Below, piece by piece: positions 45,039 through 54,097 of a stretch of DNA of 64,000 nt. Numbering within the stretch: position 1 is the stretch's first letter; each line of letters begins with the position of its first letter. Where the stretch lies: IMG/VR virus record IMGVR_UViG_3300037311_000293; one strand, 5' to 3'. This DNA is from a virus. Position numbers and translations under genes: made by a program. The notes beneath the pieces are model-generated. The model was not told the origin of the DNA, made no database searches, and was given only the letters and a program-made list of their open reading frames with translations.

Positions 45039-45188
45039 GTGGAATACTCGGCAGCACATCTCAGACAGATGTCGCTGTCCGAGCTCCTCGGTCTGGCAGC
45101 GAGCCTTGGGCTGGATATGTCTGGTCTCGAGGACAAGCGATCAGCGGTGTACACCAAGCTGATCCAAACGGCCTACAGCGTGGAGTGA
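45039..45188 (+). CDS. 49-aa stand-alone Rho-N-like protein (missing from ORF track)
   Basis: MEYSAAHLRQMSLSELLGLAASLGLDMSGLEDKRSAVYTKLIQTAYSVE. Ends just before a terminator. Confidence 0.55.
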   Translation: MEYSAAHLRQMSLSELLGLAASLGLDMSGLEDKRSAVYTKLIQTAYSVE

Positions 45189-45191
45189 GAG

Positions 45192-45218
45192 AAGGGGCCC
45201 TCTGGCCCCTTTTCTTTT
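45192..45218 (+). terminator. Intrinsic terminator ending the replication/recombination block
   Basis: AAGGGGCC-CTCT-GGCCCCTT followed by TTCTTTT. Confidence 0.85.
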
Positions 45219-45231
45219 GCCCCGATACCAT
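45202..45231 (+). promoter_or_regulatory. Sigma70-type promoter for a leaderless mRNA, overlapping the terminator
   Basis: CTGGCC (45202-45207), N18, TACCAT (45226-45231), N6, ATG 45238; no SD. Confidence 0.5.
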
Positions 45232-45237
45232 GGCGGC

Positions 45238-45762
45238 ATGAAACGCATCATCTACCGCATCCTGTCGTGTCTCAGCCTGATCCTGGGATACGGCTTCCTC
45301 TTCCTCGCCACAGCACTGCTGTTCGCCCACAAGGTGAAGCTCCGGTCCGCGACCGCGCAATGGCGGCCGTGGTTTGCTGCCCGGCTCAAGTACAGCACGA
45401 CCATCGGCTCAGCCGTGATCTTCAACCCCAACCACCTCGGGGACGAGCAAGAACTCAGAATCCGAGCTCACGAGAAGGTACACGTCCGCCAGTTCGAGGA
45501 TGACGCCGTCTTCTTCGTTCTGCTCGCTGCCTGGGAAGTCGTCGCCGTGCTGTCCCCGCTCTGGGTGCGCGTCGTCTTCACCGTGCCAGTCCTCTGGCTC
45601 ATGCTTTACATCGCGAAGTGGCTCAACGCCTGGCTCCGAGGCGGCCACGTCTACCGCGACGCCGAACACGAACGCAGCGCCTACGCCCAGACCGACACCC
45701 ACCACACCGCCAGCGGAAAGAGCTGGCTCGACGACCACCTATCCCGGCCGCGGGACTGGTAA
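45238..45762 (+). CDS. Membrane-associated HExxH Zn metalloprotease-like protein
   Basis: AHEKVHVRQFE with a downstream Glu (DAEHERSAY); N-terminal and central hydrophobic helices. Confidence 0.65.
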   Translation: MKRIIYRILSCLSLILGYGFLFLATALLFAHKVKLRSATAQWRPWFAARLKYSTTIGSAVIFNPNHLGDEQELRIRAHEKVHVRQFEDDAVFFVLLAAWEVVAVLSPLWVRVVFTVPVLWLMLYIAKWLNAWLRGGHVYRDAEHERSAYAQTDTHHTASGKSWLDDHLSRPRDW

Positions 45763-45765
45763 GGA

Positions 45766-45794
45766 AAAAGGCGGGTCACCCCGCCTTTTCTTTT
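45766..45794. terminator. Bidirectional intrinsic terminator
   Basis: AAAAGGCGGG-TCAC-CCCGCCTTTT followed by CTTTT. Confidence 0.85.
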
Positions 45795-45796
45795 GA

Positions 45797-46237
45797 TCAG
45801 TTCGCCACCCAAGCGACTAAACCAACGACAACACCCACCAACACGACACCTAGGACAAGACCGAAGCCAAAGGTGTCGTAGAACGGTCGGCGCCTCGAAC
45901 GCTCGAACACCTGGGCTTGTTCACGGATGTCGCCGCGAAGACCTTCGATCTCCCGCCCCATGCTCTGCCTGACCACCTCGAGCTCGGCGTCACAGCTCTG
46001 CCGCACCGCCAACATCGAAGCATCGAAGCGCTCGACCTGAAGCCGCAGTTCCTCGCGGTACCAGCGCAACCGGTTCGTCCAACGCAATGCTGTGTCGATG
46101 TCGAGCAGCATGCCCTGGTAGGGCGCCCGCTCATTGGGGTCCAGCGCTTCGATACGGTCTTCCCCCGGCGGGATGTCCGGGGGTTGCGCCAGCGCTGTGG
46201 AGCACAACACGCAGAGCAGTGCAGTGATCGTTTTCAT
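45797..46237 (-). CDS. Signal peptide plus coiled coil plus C-terminal TM protein (spanin-like?)
   Basis: MKTITALLCVLCSTALA signal, a coiled coil, and a C-terminal FGLVLGVVLVGVVVGLVAWV segment. Confidence 0.45.
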   Translation of the reverse strand: MKTITALLCVLCSTALAQPPDIPPGEDRIEALDPNERAPYQGMLLDIDTALRWTNRLRWYREELRLQVERFDASMLAVRQSCDAELEVVRQSMGREIEGLRGDIREQAQVFERSRRRPFYDTFGFGLVLGVVLVGVVVGLVAWVAN

Positions 46238-46590
46238 CGGCCTTGCCCGGTTTCCAGCATCAACTGTCGCAGTCGTTCGGGGTCCTTCCGGAGCGCCTCG
46301 ACTTCTTCAGCCAAGCGCTCCTCGAACTTCTCCATGAGGGCACGGCTTGTGGCTTCGAGCTCTGTGAGACTGCGCTGGAGCCTTGCACGCTCGGCTTCAA
46401 GCTGTTTGATGCGCAGCTCGGCTTCGGTACGTGCGCGCTCATCAGCAGGCCCGGTGGGGTCGACTACAACGACCTCACGGCGGTACAGCCGCATACCGAT
46501 GGCGACGAGCAGCATGACCGGGAGGATCAAAAGAACCCACCAGTTCGCCTTCAACCACGGCCATCCCGTAGTGAGCCACCAGGACTTCAT
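46234..46590 (-). CDS. N-terminal TM plus coiled-coil protein (Rz/i-spanin-like)
   Basis: MKSWWLTTGWPWLKANWWVLLILPVMLLVAIG then a heptad coiled coil; ATGA-coupled at both ends. Confidence 0.5.
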   Translation of the reverse strand: MKSWWLTTGWPWLKANWWVLLILPVMLLVAIGMRLYRREVVVVDPTGPADERARTEAELRIKQLEAERARLQRSLTELEATSRALMEKFEERLAEEVEALRKDPERLRQLMLETGQGR

Positions 46591-47165
46591 GCCGCGGCCT
46601 TTCGTCGGATGCCGCTGCGCGGAGTCGCCGCGGTGATACCGGTGCCGCCAGCCGGAGCTCCGGTACCCGGAATCAGCGGAATGGCTCCAGATGACGAAAG
46701 AGCGACCGGGTTGGCCCGTGTCGTTGCCTGCGCGGCCTGAAGGGTGCCCTCGCCCGCCATGAAGCCCTGGGCCGCCGGGGAGTACCCGCGACGAAGCGCC
46801 GTGCCCCCTACGATGGGTGAGGTGACAGAGGACGGATCTGAAGCGATTGCTCCGGACATCGCATCGGCGCGTGCCTTGAACGCACGGTGCTGCGGGGCGA
46901 CACCAAGGCGCTGCGGCAACGCCGCCGCTGCGCGGGCATCGCGACCACCAGCGACGACGCCTTGAAGACGGTGTTTCCCGAGACCGCCGAGCTGGCCCAT
47001 GACCTGGCGTGAGGTCGTGGCACCGCCGGCAGCGGCTTGGGCGACGCCACGGCCCAGAGCAGCGGCTCCGCCGACGCCCTGTGCGGCGCGGCCGGCGAGG
47101 AAGCGCTGCATCAGAGCGGGACTGACAGCGACCTTCTCGAGGAAGGCTTGGTAGGTCGGGTTCAT
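46587..47165 (-). CDS. Putative internal virion protein (Gly/Ala-rich)
   Basis: N-terminus MNPTYQAFLEKVA resembles that of the 24573-25475 protein. Confidence 0.55.
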   Translation of the reverse strand: MNPTYQAFLEKVAVSPALMQRFLAGRAAQGVGGAAALGRGVAQAAAGGATTSRQVMGQLGGLGKHRLQGVVAGGRDARAAAALPQRLGVAPQHRAFKARADAMSGAIASDPSSVTSPIVGGTALRRGYSPAAQGFMAGEGTLQAAQATTRANPVALSSSGAIPLIPGTGAPAGGTGITAATPRSGIRRKAAA

Positions 47166-47560
47166 CGCATCGACGGGGGTGCGAGGTCATCGGGGGAGGA
47201 CAGACGGCGTTCACGTACATCGACAAACGCCGCCTTGGCCTTGGTGAAGGTGTAGTCGGCGAACTGCCCGCAGGCGCCGCCCCACAGAGCATACGTCGAC
47301 AGCTCGCCCCAGGTGTTGTTGACGCGGGCACTGACGTAGTCGATCAGCACCTCGGGTCGTACGGGGATGAGAACGGCGACGAGGACTCCGACGACGATCG
47401 GCATCATCGGGAGAACGAAGCGCGTGAGGACGACGCTGTCCTTTCGGCGTTCCTTCCCCATGGTCGAGTCGATGAGGGTTTTCGCGAGCTGGGTGATACC
47501 GACGCAAGCGACGGCGACCAAGAGCGCTTGCCAGCAGTAGATCAGATCGAGCGGGTTCAT
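47162..47560 (-). CDS. Putative holin
   Basis: 132 aa with 2-3 TM helices and a basic C-terminus; GAGG RBS; next to spanin-like genes. Confidence 0.55.
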   Translation of the reverse strand: MNPLDLIYCWQALLVAVACVGITQLAKTLIDSTMGKERRKDSVVLTRFVLPMMPIVVGVLVAVLIPVRPEVLIDYVSARVNNTWGELSTYALWGGACGQFADYTFTKAKAAFVDVRERRLSSPDDLAPPSMR

Positions 47561-47568
47561 GATGTACC

Positions 47569-49743
47569 TCAGAAGTTGCGGGGACCAGGATCACGGAAGG
47601 TGTAGCGGACGGCACGGATGGTGACAGCGCCTTGGGGCGCGTACGCGACCTGGTAGGTATTCGCGGAGTTGTCGACGACCTCGGACAACCCGGACACCGT
47701 AACGATCTCGTGAGTCGGTGATGCCGCCGTTGCCGATGCGCTACCGAGATTGGTCACCGTGCGCGCCCCAGGGGTGCCCCAGTTGGATGCGAGCCTGCGA
47801 ACGAACAGCACATCGCTGTCGTCAGTGACCACCATGATCTGCACGCTGACGAGCGTTGCCCCATTTGGCAGATCGATCGGGAAGTGAATCATCTCGCTGG
47901 AACCAAGACCGGTCCACAACCCAGCACCAGGTGACGCCGAGTTGTAGGTCCAGCCTTGTCCAACACCGAGCTCGAGGTTGATCTCCTTGGTTCGCAGGGG
48001 CAGCACGGAAGTGCCGTAGGTATTGGGGCCGTAGAGGAAGTCGCCGCGGACCCGGAGATTGCCGCCGGAATCCAGGCTTCCGATCTCCTCGGCGAACTGC
48101 TCACCCATCGCCAGAGCGCGCCAGGCATGGTGTCGTCGTGAACCTTCGTCCGACGGAGTCACGAACACGCCGGCTGCGCTGTCGTCGTACCGCGGATTCG
48201 CAGTCAACAGACTCGCTGGCGTAACCGTCCCGGTTGCTCCGATCTCTAGGCTGTCCACCGCAAGCTGCGGTAGGCGGCCCAAAGCACTCAACGTGTGAAC
48301 CCGCGCGGTACCGGTACCCGACGTCGGGAAGGCCGGGACTGCCCCATCCAGGCGCATTAGCTGAATGTCGTCTGGATTGTGTGTCTCGATCGACGACACC
48401 ATGTAAAAACCAGCGCGGCTCGTAGGAGTCAGGATCTCTACTACCGCACCAGGACCCAGGTGGCTTTCGTTACCAAACGAAATACCAGAGTTGATGCTGA
48501 TCGTGCCATCAAGCGGACTATTGGTGTCGAAGCCAAAGCCCAACGAGCCCACGAGCGCGGTCTCGGCCCCGAGAAGGCTCGCGATGTCGAGGCGATGACG
48601 CCCGCCACCGGTGTCGTAACCGGCTACGACGAGACCGGTTTCGTAGGTGTTGTCGACCTGACCTGTTTTGTCGATGTAGACGGCGTAGTTACCGAAACGC
48701 TCGACCTGCTCGCGATTGGCCTCGAGCTCGTCCGCGAATGCTGGTGTTTCGAACGACAGTCTGCCGAAGGTGTCGAACTCCGTTGCCGTAGAGACCGCGC
48801 CGGTGAGGGCGCGATAACCGATTCGGAGTGCTCGGGTAGATCCGCCGTACTCCCGGCCACCAGACGTATTCAAGATACCGCTGGCACCACCGATCACGAG
48901 CAACGCAGGCTGACTGGCCTCTGGCGCACCAGCAAAGAAACCACCGTTCACCACGGGCTGAGATGTTCCCTGATCACCCGTGGCGAAAGTCGGCCGGTAA
49001 GGCGTGTAGGTACACGCCGTATTCGCCGGGAACACCGGACTGCTGCCGTCGAGACGACGGAGCTCAGCGGTGGTATCCGTAGGCCCAAGGGCGTGGATGA
49101 TGTAGAGACCGTTGTATCCCGGCGCTCCGCTGATCTCCAACATGTCGACACCGAGCATGAGCTCCGTGGCGCCGCTGACGTGGAAGAAAGTACCCGGGGT
49201 CGTCGTGGTGATTCGGGTCGCACCGGCACCGCCGACGTTCAGAGTGGCGCCACCGACACCAGACAGATCAGTGGTATCTCCGGCACCGCCTCCACGACGC
49301 CTCCCCAGGAAATGGGAGTATGCGCCTCCATTGGAGACGTGCTCGACACCAACTACACCGTTGATCGAAGCCCCAGTATTCGAGACCCGAAGACCCGCAT
49401 TCGCGATGTCTTGGCCGTACATCGCGGTGTTGGCGACGTTGAGTGCTACGGCGCCGGCATCGATCGTGATGGAGCGCCCACCGCCCGCCGGACCCAAGGT
49501 ACCGAGGTCGTAAGCCGCGTTGAGGCCTCCGGTCTCGAACGACGCAAGTCGCATGTTCAGATCTTCGTCGTTGAGTGCGAGGGCGTAGTGCGGGCGGTTC
49601 GAGATCGCAGCCGTAAGCTGTTCGCCGAACTGGATACCGCGATTGCCCGCGCTGGTTCCCGGGGGATTTGCCGTGCTGTACGGCACGGCGGGGCCGAACC
49701 CGCCACCATCCCCGAACATCTCTGCTGCGGTCTTGATCGCCAT
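47569..49743 (-). CDS. Tail fibre-like structural protein
   Basis: Gly/Thr/Ser-rich 724 aa starting MAIKTAA, with two copies of an E(I/L)..G.Y.I...L.RLDG..P.FP module and a beta-sandwich C-terminus. Confidence 0.6.
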   Translation of the reverse strand: MAIKTAAEMFGDGGGFGPAVPYSTANPPGTSAGNRGIQFGEQLTAAISNRPHYALALNDEDLNMRLASFETGGLNAAYDLGTLGPAGGGRSITIDAGAVALNVANTAMYGQDIANAGLRVSNTGASINGVVGVEHVSNGGAYSHFLGRRRGGGAGDTTDLSGVGGATLNVGGAGATRITTTTPGTFFHVSGATELMLGVDMLEISGAPGYNGLYIIHALGPTDTTAELRRLDGSSPVFPANTACTYTPYRPTFATGDQGTSQPVVNGGFFAGAPEASQPALLVIGGASGILNTSGGREYGGSTRALRIGYRALTGAVSTATEFDTFGRLSFETPAFADELEANREQVERFGNYAVYIDKTGQVDNTYETGLVVAGYDTGGGRHRLDIASLLGAETALVGSLGFGFDTNSPLDGTISINSGISFGNESHLGPGAVVEILTPTSRAGFYMVSSIETHNPDDIQLMRLDGAVPAFPTSGTGTARVHTLSALGRLPQLAVDSLEIGATGTVTPASLLTANPRYDDSAAGVFVTPSDEGSRRHHAWRALAMGEQFAEEIGSLDSGGNLRVRGDFLYGPNTYGTSVLPLRTKEINLELGVGQGWTYNSASPGAGLWTGLGSSEMIHFPIDLPNGATLVSVQIMVVTDDSDVLFVRRLASNWGTPGARTVTNLGSASATAASPTHEIVTVSGLSEVVDNSANTYQVAYAPQGAVTIRAVRYTFRDPGPRNF

Positions 49744-49752
49744 CGCTCTCTC

Positions 49753-50397
49753 CTAGAACCGGAACTCCCAACGAACCTCGATCGAGAAGAAGCCGGTCTT
49801 GTGGATGGTATCGAACGTATCGTACGCCACGAGATGGCCGCCGGCACCAGGATACACGCCGGCGCTCCCGTTGGGGAGAGACGGGTCGGCTGTACCCTTG
49901 TAGATGCCGATCTCCGAAAGTGGAACCGAAGTGAAAGATCCGAAATTGATGTCTGACTGCGAGAACACCGCGACGAAGCGGGTGCTCGTACTCGTTGGAA
50001 ATACGCCGGGAGTCGAAATCTCCCGCATCCACAACGGGGCTGCGGTGACCTGTACCGGACGCTCGAGGATACCGACAGTCACGTCCGTGTCGGTTTGCAG
50101 ATTCGTCCCGGCGTACCCCGCCGGATAGGCGTCGGAGTACGGCGAGGCGCTGGCGTCTGCGCTGTTCTGCCTCGTACCGCCAATACCGAAGCCGATGTAG
50201 CGGATGACGTTGTCCTGGTGCCTCACGAAGCTCGGGGGACCCAAGGACTGCGGGGTGATCACTTCGCAGAAGAACTGCCGCCCGGTGTTGACGATGATGT
50301 TGTGGGTCCGCTGGTGCCAGCGTCGCCTCTTACCACGGTCGTAGAGATCGATCTCCAGATTCCACTTGAGCTCGATCTCTTGGTTGATTCGCATCAT
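49753..50397 (-). CDS. Baseplate/tail-fibre attachment protein (P2 gpH N-terminal-like)
   Basis: IVNTGRQF..IRYIGFGIGG..LSEIGIY..YDTFDTIHK..IEVRWEFRF pattern. Confidence 0.55.
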   Translation of the reverse strand: MMRINQEIELKWNLEIDLYDRGKRRRWHQRTHNIIVNTGRQFFCEVITPQSLGPPSFVRHQDNVIRYIGFGIGGTRQNSADASASPYSDAYPAGYAGTNLQTDTDVTVGILERPVQVTAAPLWMREISTPGVFPTSTSTRFVAVFSQSDINFGSFTSVPLSEIGIYKGTADPSLPNGSAGVYPGAGGHLVAYDTFDTIHKTGFFSIEVRWEFRF

Positions 50398-53300
50398 GGC
50401 AACACTACTCCTCCGCTCTTGATCACTGCCGTTATCTCGTAGGTACCGGCAGGGAGCGTCATATCATAGGTCGGGGTAAAGCTGTCGCCTGCTGCGACGT
50501 AAGTACCGAGCACGTCCACCACATCAGTGTCGAAGAAGAAGGCCGAATCGAGCGTCAAGACCCCTCCGGGCCAATCGATCGTCAACACGAACTCGATGAC
50601 GTCGAGGGGGCAGTCGACGATGCCATCGTAGAACGAGGCGCCGTCGTCGTAGAGCGACCAGATCGTACCATCACCCCTGTAGTCGTCGTACATGAAAGCG
50701 CGAGGCGAACCGCACACGGTATCAACGAGATTCATCGTGAGACCGGCGCCCACATCGTCGATCACGTCGATGTTGTCGACAACAGAACGTCGGCCCACCA
50801 ACAAGGGGTACGTGTACGTGGGCTTCACGCGCGTCACGAACTGGAACAGCAAGCTGAGGTTCGTGAGAGTCACTAGATCGAGATTGAAGCGGACCACGAA
50901 GTGGTGAAACTTCTCGATCTCGGTCAGAAGGCCAGCACGTACCCAAGGGATGTACCACTTGGGGTCGTTGTACAGATCGATGATGTCGACACCCGCCCCG
51001 ATAGGTGAGAACTGGGGCACCACGTCCCCAAGAGCCCAAGGCGCCTGTGTCTGGGGGTTCCTGGCGAGGCCGCTGGAGGGGCTCAGATCGAGCGGGTCTT
51101 TCTTGTAGTAGTACGTCCTGATGACTTCCGACACGACATCTGGATTGCTGGTGGTGTCGCGCAACAAAATGCGCCCAGTGGTCGGGCTGTAGTCGTCTCT
51201 GATCTCCTCGACTGTACCCTCGACCTCCGCGAAGGGCTGACCCAGTAGAATCTGTGCGCCCGTACGTACGGCCTCCACCGACGGCCCGCCTTGGTAGGCG
51301 TACAGCAAGCCGGCAACACCAGCGTTGTAGTTGAAGTCCGGTAGTTCTCGTACATCTTCGCGGTACAGACCAGCGAGCCGGCCAAAAAGATCTTCTGTGT
51401 TCTGATCATTACTGAAGATCGTCAACTCGGCCCAGAGGATGTCAGGAGGCTCGGTGTCGGAGACAATGAATACGTCATCCCTAAACAGCAAGAACGGCAG
51501 CGGCTCTCCTCCGGACTCGCGGTACAGCGGCTCAAGGATGTAGTCCACGTTCTCCTGCCAGATCGTAGGTGTCTGACTCTGCGGAATCAGATCCTGCAAC
51601 CGAGGGATACCCACGGTGTCGGGGTAGATGGGGACAGCCTTCCTCCGCTTCACGCCCAGCATTCGGAGCTCGAAGCGCGAGCTATCGAGAACGTGACTGA
51701 AGACCTCCATGTCGACGGCTAGCTGGGAGCCGCGTTGAGCGACCACGACACCCCTGGCATCGGAAACCGAAGAATCAGCGGTGTCGAACACCTCGAACTT
51801 CACGAGGTCGCCGGGATAGGCGCCTTCGTATTCGTAGTCGGCGCCGCCGCGAACAACTGAAGGCACAGCCCAGGTCTCAGAAGCGTCGAACGGGAGCGGG
51901 TCGCTGAGTAGCAGTCGCTGGAAGTCCATGGGGTCGTCTGCACCCGTTTGGGCTCGATCGATCCGAAAGGACTGACCGTTGTTGAGCACCAGTAGATCGC
52001 CGCGGCGAACTTCGGGTAGCGATACACCGTCCCCGGCGTAGTAGACGCGGTCTGTCACAAGGGCGCCGGCATCACCGCGCAACGAAGCCCACACATCGGT
52101 GACGAATCCCAACCCGGCAGAGGACATCGACGACACCTGGAACCCACGCGTCGACGACCGCAGGCCGAGGCGGCACGTCCGATAGATGTAGAACGCGCCG
52201 GCAAAATTGTCGGGCACGTCCCCGCCGACCACGGTGAGCTCGCCAAGCGCGTTGTTCACCGAGGCCACGACGTGGCGTTCGCCGTTGATGGCTACGACGT
52301 CACCTGCGGCTGCCCATGACGGCAACGAGAGCGCCGGGAAGGAGATCAGATCTGTGAATCCGTCACCATCACCATCATCCGTAGTGGAGGCCCCAGTGAT
52401 CTCCCTGCGGTAAGTGGGATCGTCTCGGCGTACACCGAAGCCGTAGGCTTCGATACCCGTGCCCATCAACGCAGTGTTGATGTCAGAGATGATCGTAGAC
52501 AACGAGTTTCCAGTGAACACGATGTCTCGCGTATCGGTCGCCAACGCCCCATCGGGCGTTGCGTACTCGACAGAGAGCGTGAATCCCGCCACAGAGGGCA
52601 CACCGCTCTCGAACGGGTGGGACGACAGCAAAACACCAAACCGCTGATCGACAACGACGTCATCCGGGGCGGGCTCAGCAATCAGCGTTCGGTACGCGAT
52701 CCACTTCTTCTGGAACGTTCTCTGAGAATCCCGGACGCTGTGGTTGTAGTGATGCTGCCAGACCTCGAGCATCTGCGCCGAGACGATCTGAGCGACGCCA
52801 CGCCACGCTTCCTCGAAGACTCCCCTGTTCTCTACCAAGCGCCATTCGTCGCCGAGAGCTTTCCATAGCGGAGATACATCGGGTTCAACGCCCAGGGGCG
52901 CCCGGGCTGCGACGACATTCGCCAAGACCTCTGCTGGCTCCGAGTCCGACTCTCCATCGTTGACCACGAGCTCGAGACGGTAGATGCCCTGGACATCGGG
53001 AACGATGTACGGAGTTTCGGTATCTGCGCCAACGATCAACGACTGCCTGATGATACGAAACGGAGCACCGGTCAGATCATCCGGAAGCGAATCCGTAGTA
53101 ATCGCGAGAGTACCCCCTGGGTTGTTCACCGAAGCGATGATGTAGCGCTCGGCGCCAATACGAAGAACATCACCCGGGCTCACCCACGCTGGAAGTGAAG
53201 CCGGAGTGAACGACAGCGTAGTCGTCACGGCATCGGCGTCGCCGTCGTCGACGGTGGACCCAGAGCTGTTGTCTGCGGCGTACTGGCTTCCGAATGGCGC

Positions 53301-54077
53301 ATCGAAAGCTCTCCAGGTGTACGTCAGGGCCGCGCCCTCGACGTCATAGCTCGCGCGTCCATCAAAGCGGACGGCCTGCCCCACGGGCGTCACACGATCG
53401 GCTCCTGCATCGGCGACAGGAGGAATGTTGGGGAATCGCAGATCTGAAGCCAGGCGCAGCGCCCTGATCTCCATGCCAGCGGGTTCTGTAGAGCTTCCGC
53501 GCACAAAGACACGAAAGGTATCCACCACTGAGGGCGGAGTCGCCTCGACCGGAAGCACGTAGCGGACTTCCGAACCCGCAGAGTCACCGTCTCCGATCAA
53601 CACGTAAGCCCGGCCGGTGCCGCTATCGACAGCGATACGGAACGTCTTGTAGGTCCTGTTGATCTCTCTCACCAACTCAGCCGTGCCGGGTAGCGCCGTG
53701 ACACTGCCGAAGTCATCGACGCGCGAGATGGCGAGGCCGCTCGAGGAGAAGTAGACAGCGATACCGCGCCCGCCGTCGTCTGCGATCATGAATCCTGCGC
53801 GGCGGCGGCTGAGATCGGAGAAGTTGTGAGGCAGCTCTGGGAACCGAAGTGTAGCTTCGAAGGTGAAGCGGGACGGAATAGCAGAGACGAAGTCGAGCTG
53901 TGCTGCCACACCATCCGCAGATCGGGCGTTCAGGACCGAAAAGTCGGTGTTGTACGAAAAGTACGGAGACGTCGACGGCGAAATCGTAAGATCTCCTGGA
54001 CCCAACGACAATGCGCCGCCCAACGTGGTTCCGCTGAAGTCAGCCAGGTCCCAAGACGGTGTGGTGGGGAGTGCCAT
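50394..54077 (-). CDS. Large baseplate wedge-like protein with PKD domain and internal duplication
   Basis: PPVADAGAD..VRFDGRASYD..LTYTW...YRLELVVNDG is a PKD domain. The C-terminal HHFVVRF..VTRVKPTYT resembles wedge/gpI proteins. Confidence 0.6.
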   Translation of the reverse strand: MALPTTPSWDLADFSGTTLGGALSLGPGDLTISPSTSPYFSYNTDFSVLNARSADGVAAQLDFVSAIPSRFTFEATLRFPELPHNFSDLSRRRAGFMIADDGGRGIAVYFSSSGLAISRVDDFGSVTALPGTAELVREINRTYKTFRIAVDSGTGRAYVLIGDGDSAGSEVRYVLPVEATPPSVVDTFRVFVRGSSTEPAGMEIRALRLASDLRFPNIPPVADAGADRVTPVGQAVRFDGRASYDVEGAALTYTWRAFDAPFGSQYAADNSSGSTVDDGDADAVTTTLSFTPASLPAWVSPGDVLRIGAERYIIASVNNPGGTLAITTDSLPDDLTGAPFRIIRQSLIVGADTETPYIVPDVQGIYRLELVVNDGESDSEPAEVLANVVAARAPLGVEPDVSPLWKALGDEWRLVENRGVFEEAWRGVAQIVSAQMLEVWQHHYNHSVRDSQRTFQKKWIAYRTLIAEPAPDDVVVDQRFGVLLSSHPFESGVPSVAGFTLSVEYATPDGALATDTRDIVFTGNSLSTIISDINTALMGTGIEAYGFGVRRDDPTYRREITGASTTDDGDGDGFTDLISFPALSLPSWAAAGDVVAINGERHVVASVNNALGELTVVGGDVPDNFAGAFYIYRTCRLGLRSSTRGFQVSSMSSAGLGFVTDVWASLRGDAGALVTDRVYYAGDGVSLPEVRRGDLLVLNNGQSFRIDRAQTGADDPMDFQRLLLSDPLPFDASETWAVPSVVRGGADYEYEGAYPGDLVKFEVFDTADSSVSDARGVVVAQRGSQLAVDMEVFSHVLDSSRFELRMLGVKRRKAVPIYPDTVGIPRLQDLIPQSQTPTIWQENVDYILEPLYRESGGEPLPFLLFRDDVFIVSDTEPPDILWAELTIFSNDQNTEDLFGRLAGLYREDVRELPDFNYNAGVAGLLYAYQGGPSVEAVRTGAQILLGQPFAEVEGTVEEIRDDYSPTTGRILLRDTTSNPDVVSEVIRTYYYKKDPLDLSPSSGLARNPQTQAPWALGDVVPQFSPIGAGVDIIDLYNDPKWYIPWVRAGLLTEIEKFHHFVVRFNLDLVTLTNLSLLFQFVTRVKPTYTYPLLVGRRSVVDNIDVIDDVGAGLTMNLVDTVCGSPRAFMYDDYRGDGTIWSLYDDGASFYDGIVDCPLDVIEFVLTIDWPGGVLTLDSAFFFDTDVVDVLGTYVAAGDSFTPTYDMTLPAGTYEITAVIKSGGVVLP

Positions 54078-54084
54078 GCTGCCG

Positions 54085-54091
54085 TAGAGTA
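54085..54091. promoter_or_regulatory. Symmetric TAnnnTA bidirectional -10 (TAGAGT on +, TACTCT on -)
   Basis: Lies in the 20-bp gap between divergent ATGs 54077(-) and 54098(+), neither of which has an SD. Confidence 0.55.
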
Positions 54092-54097
54092 CCCAAG

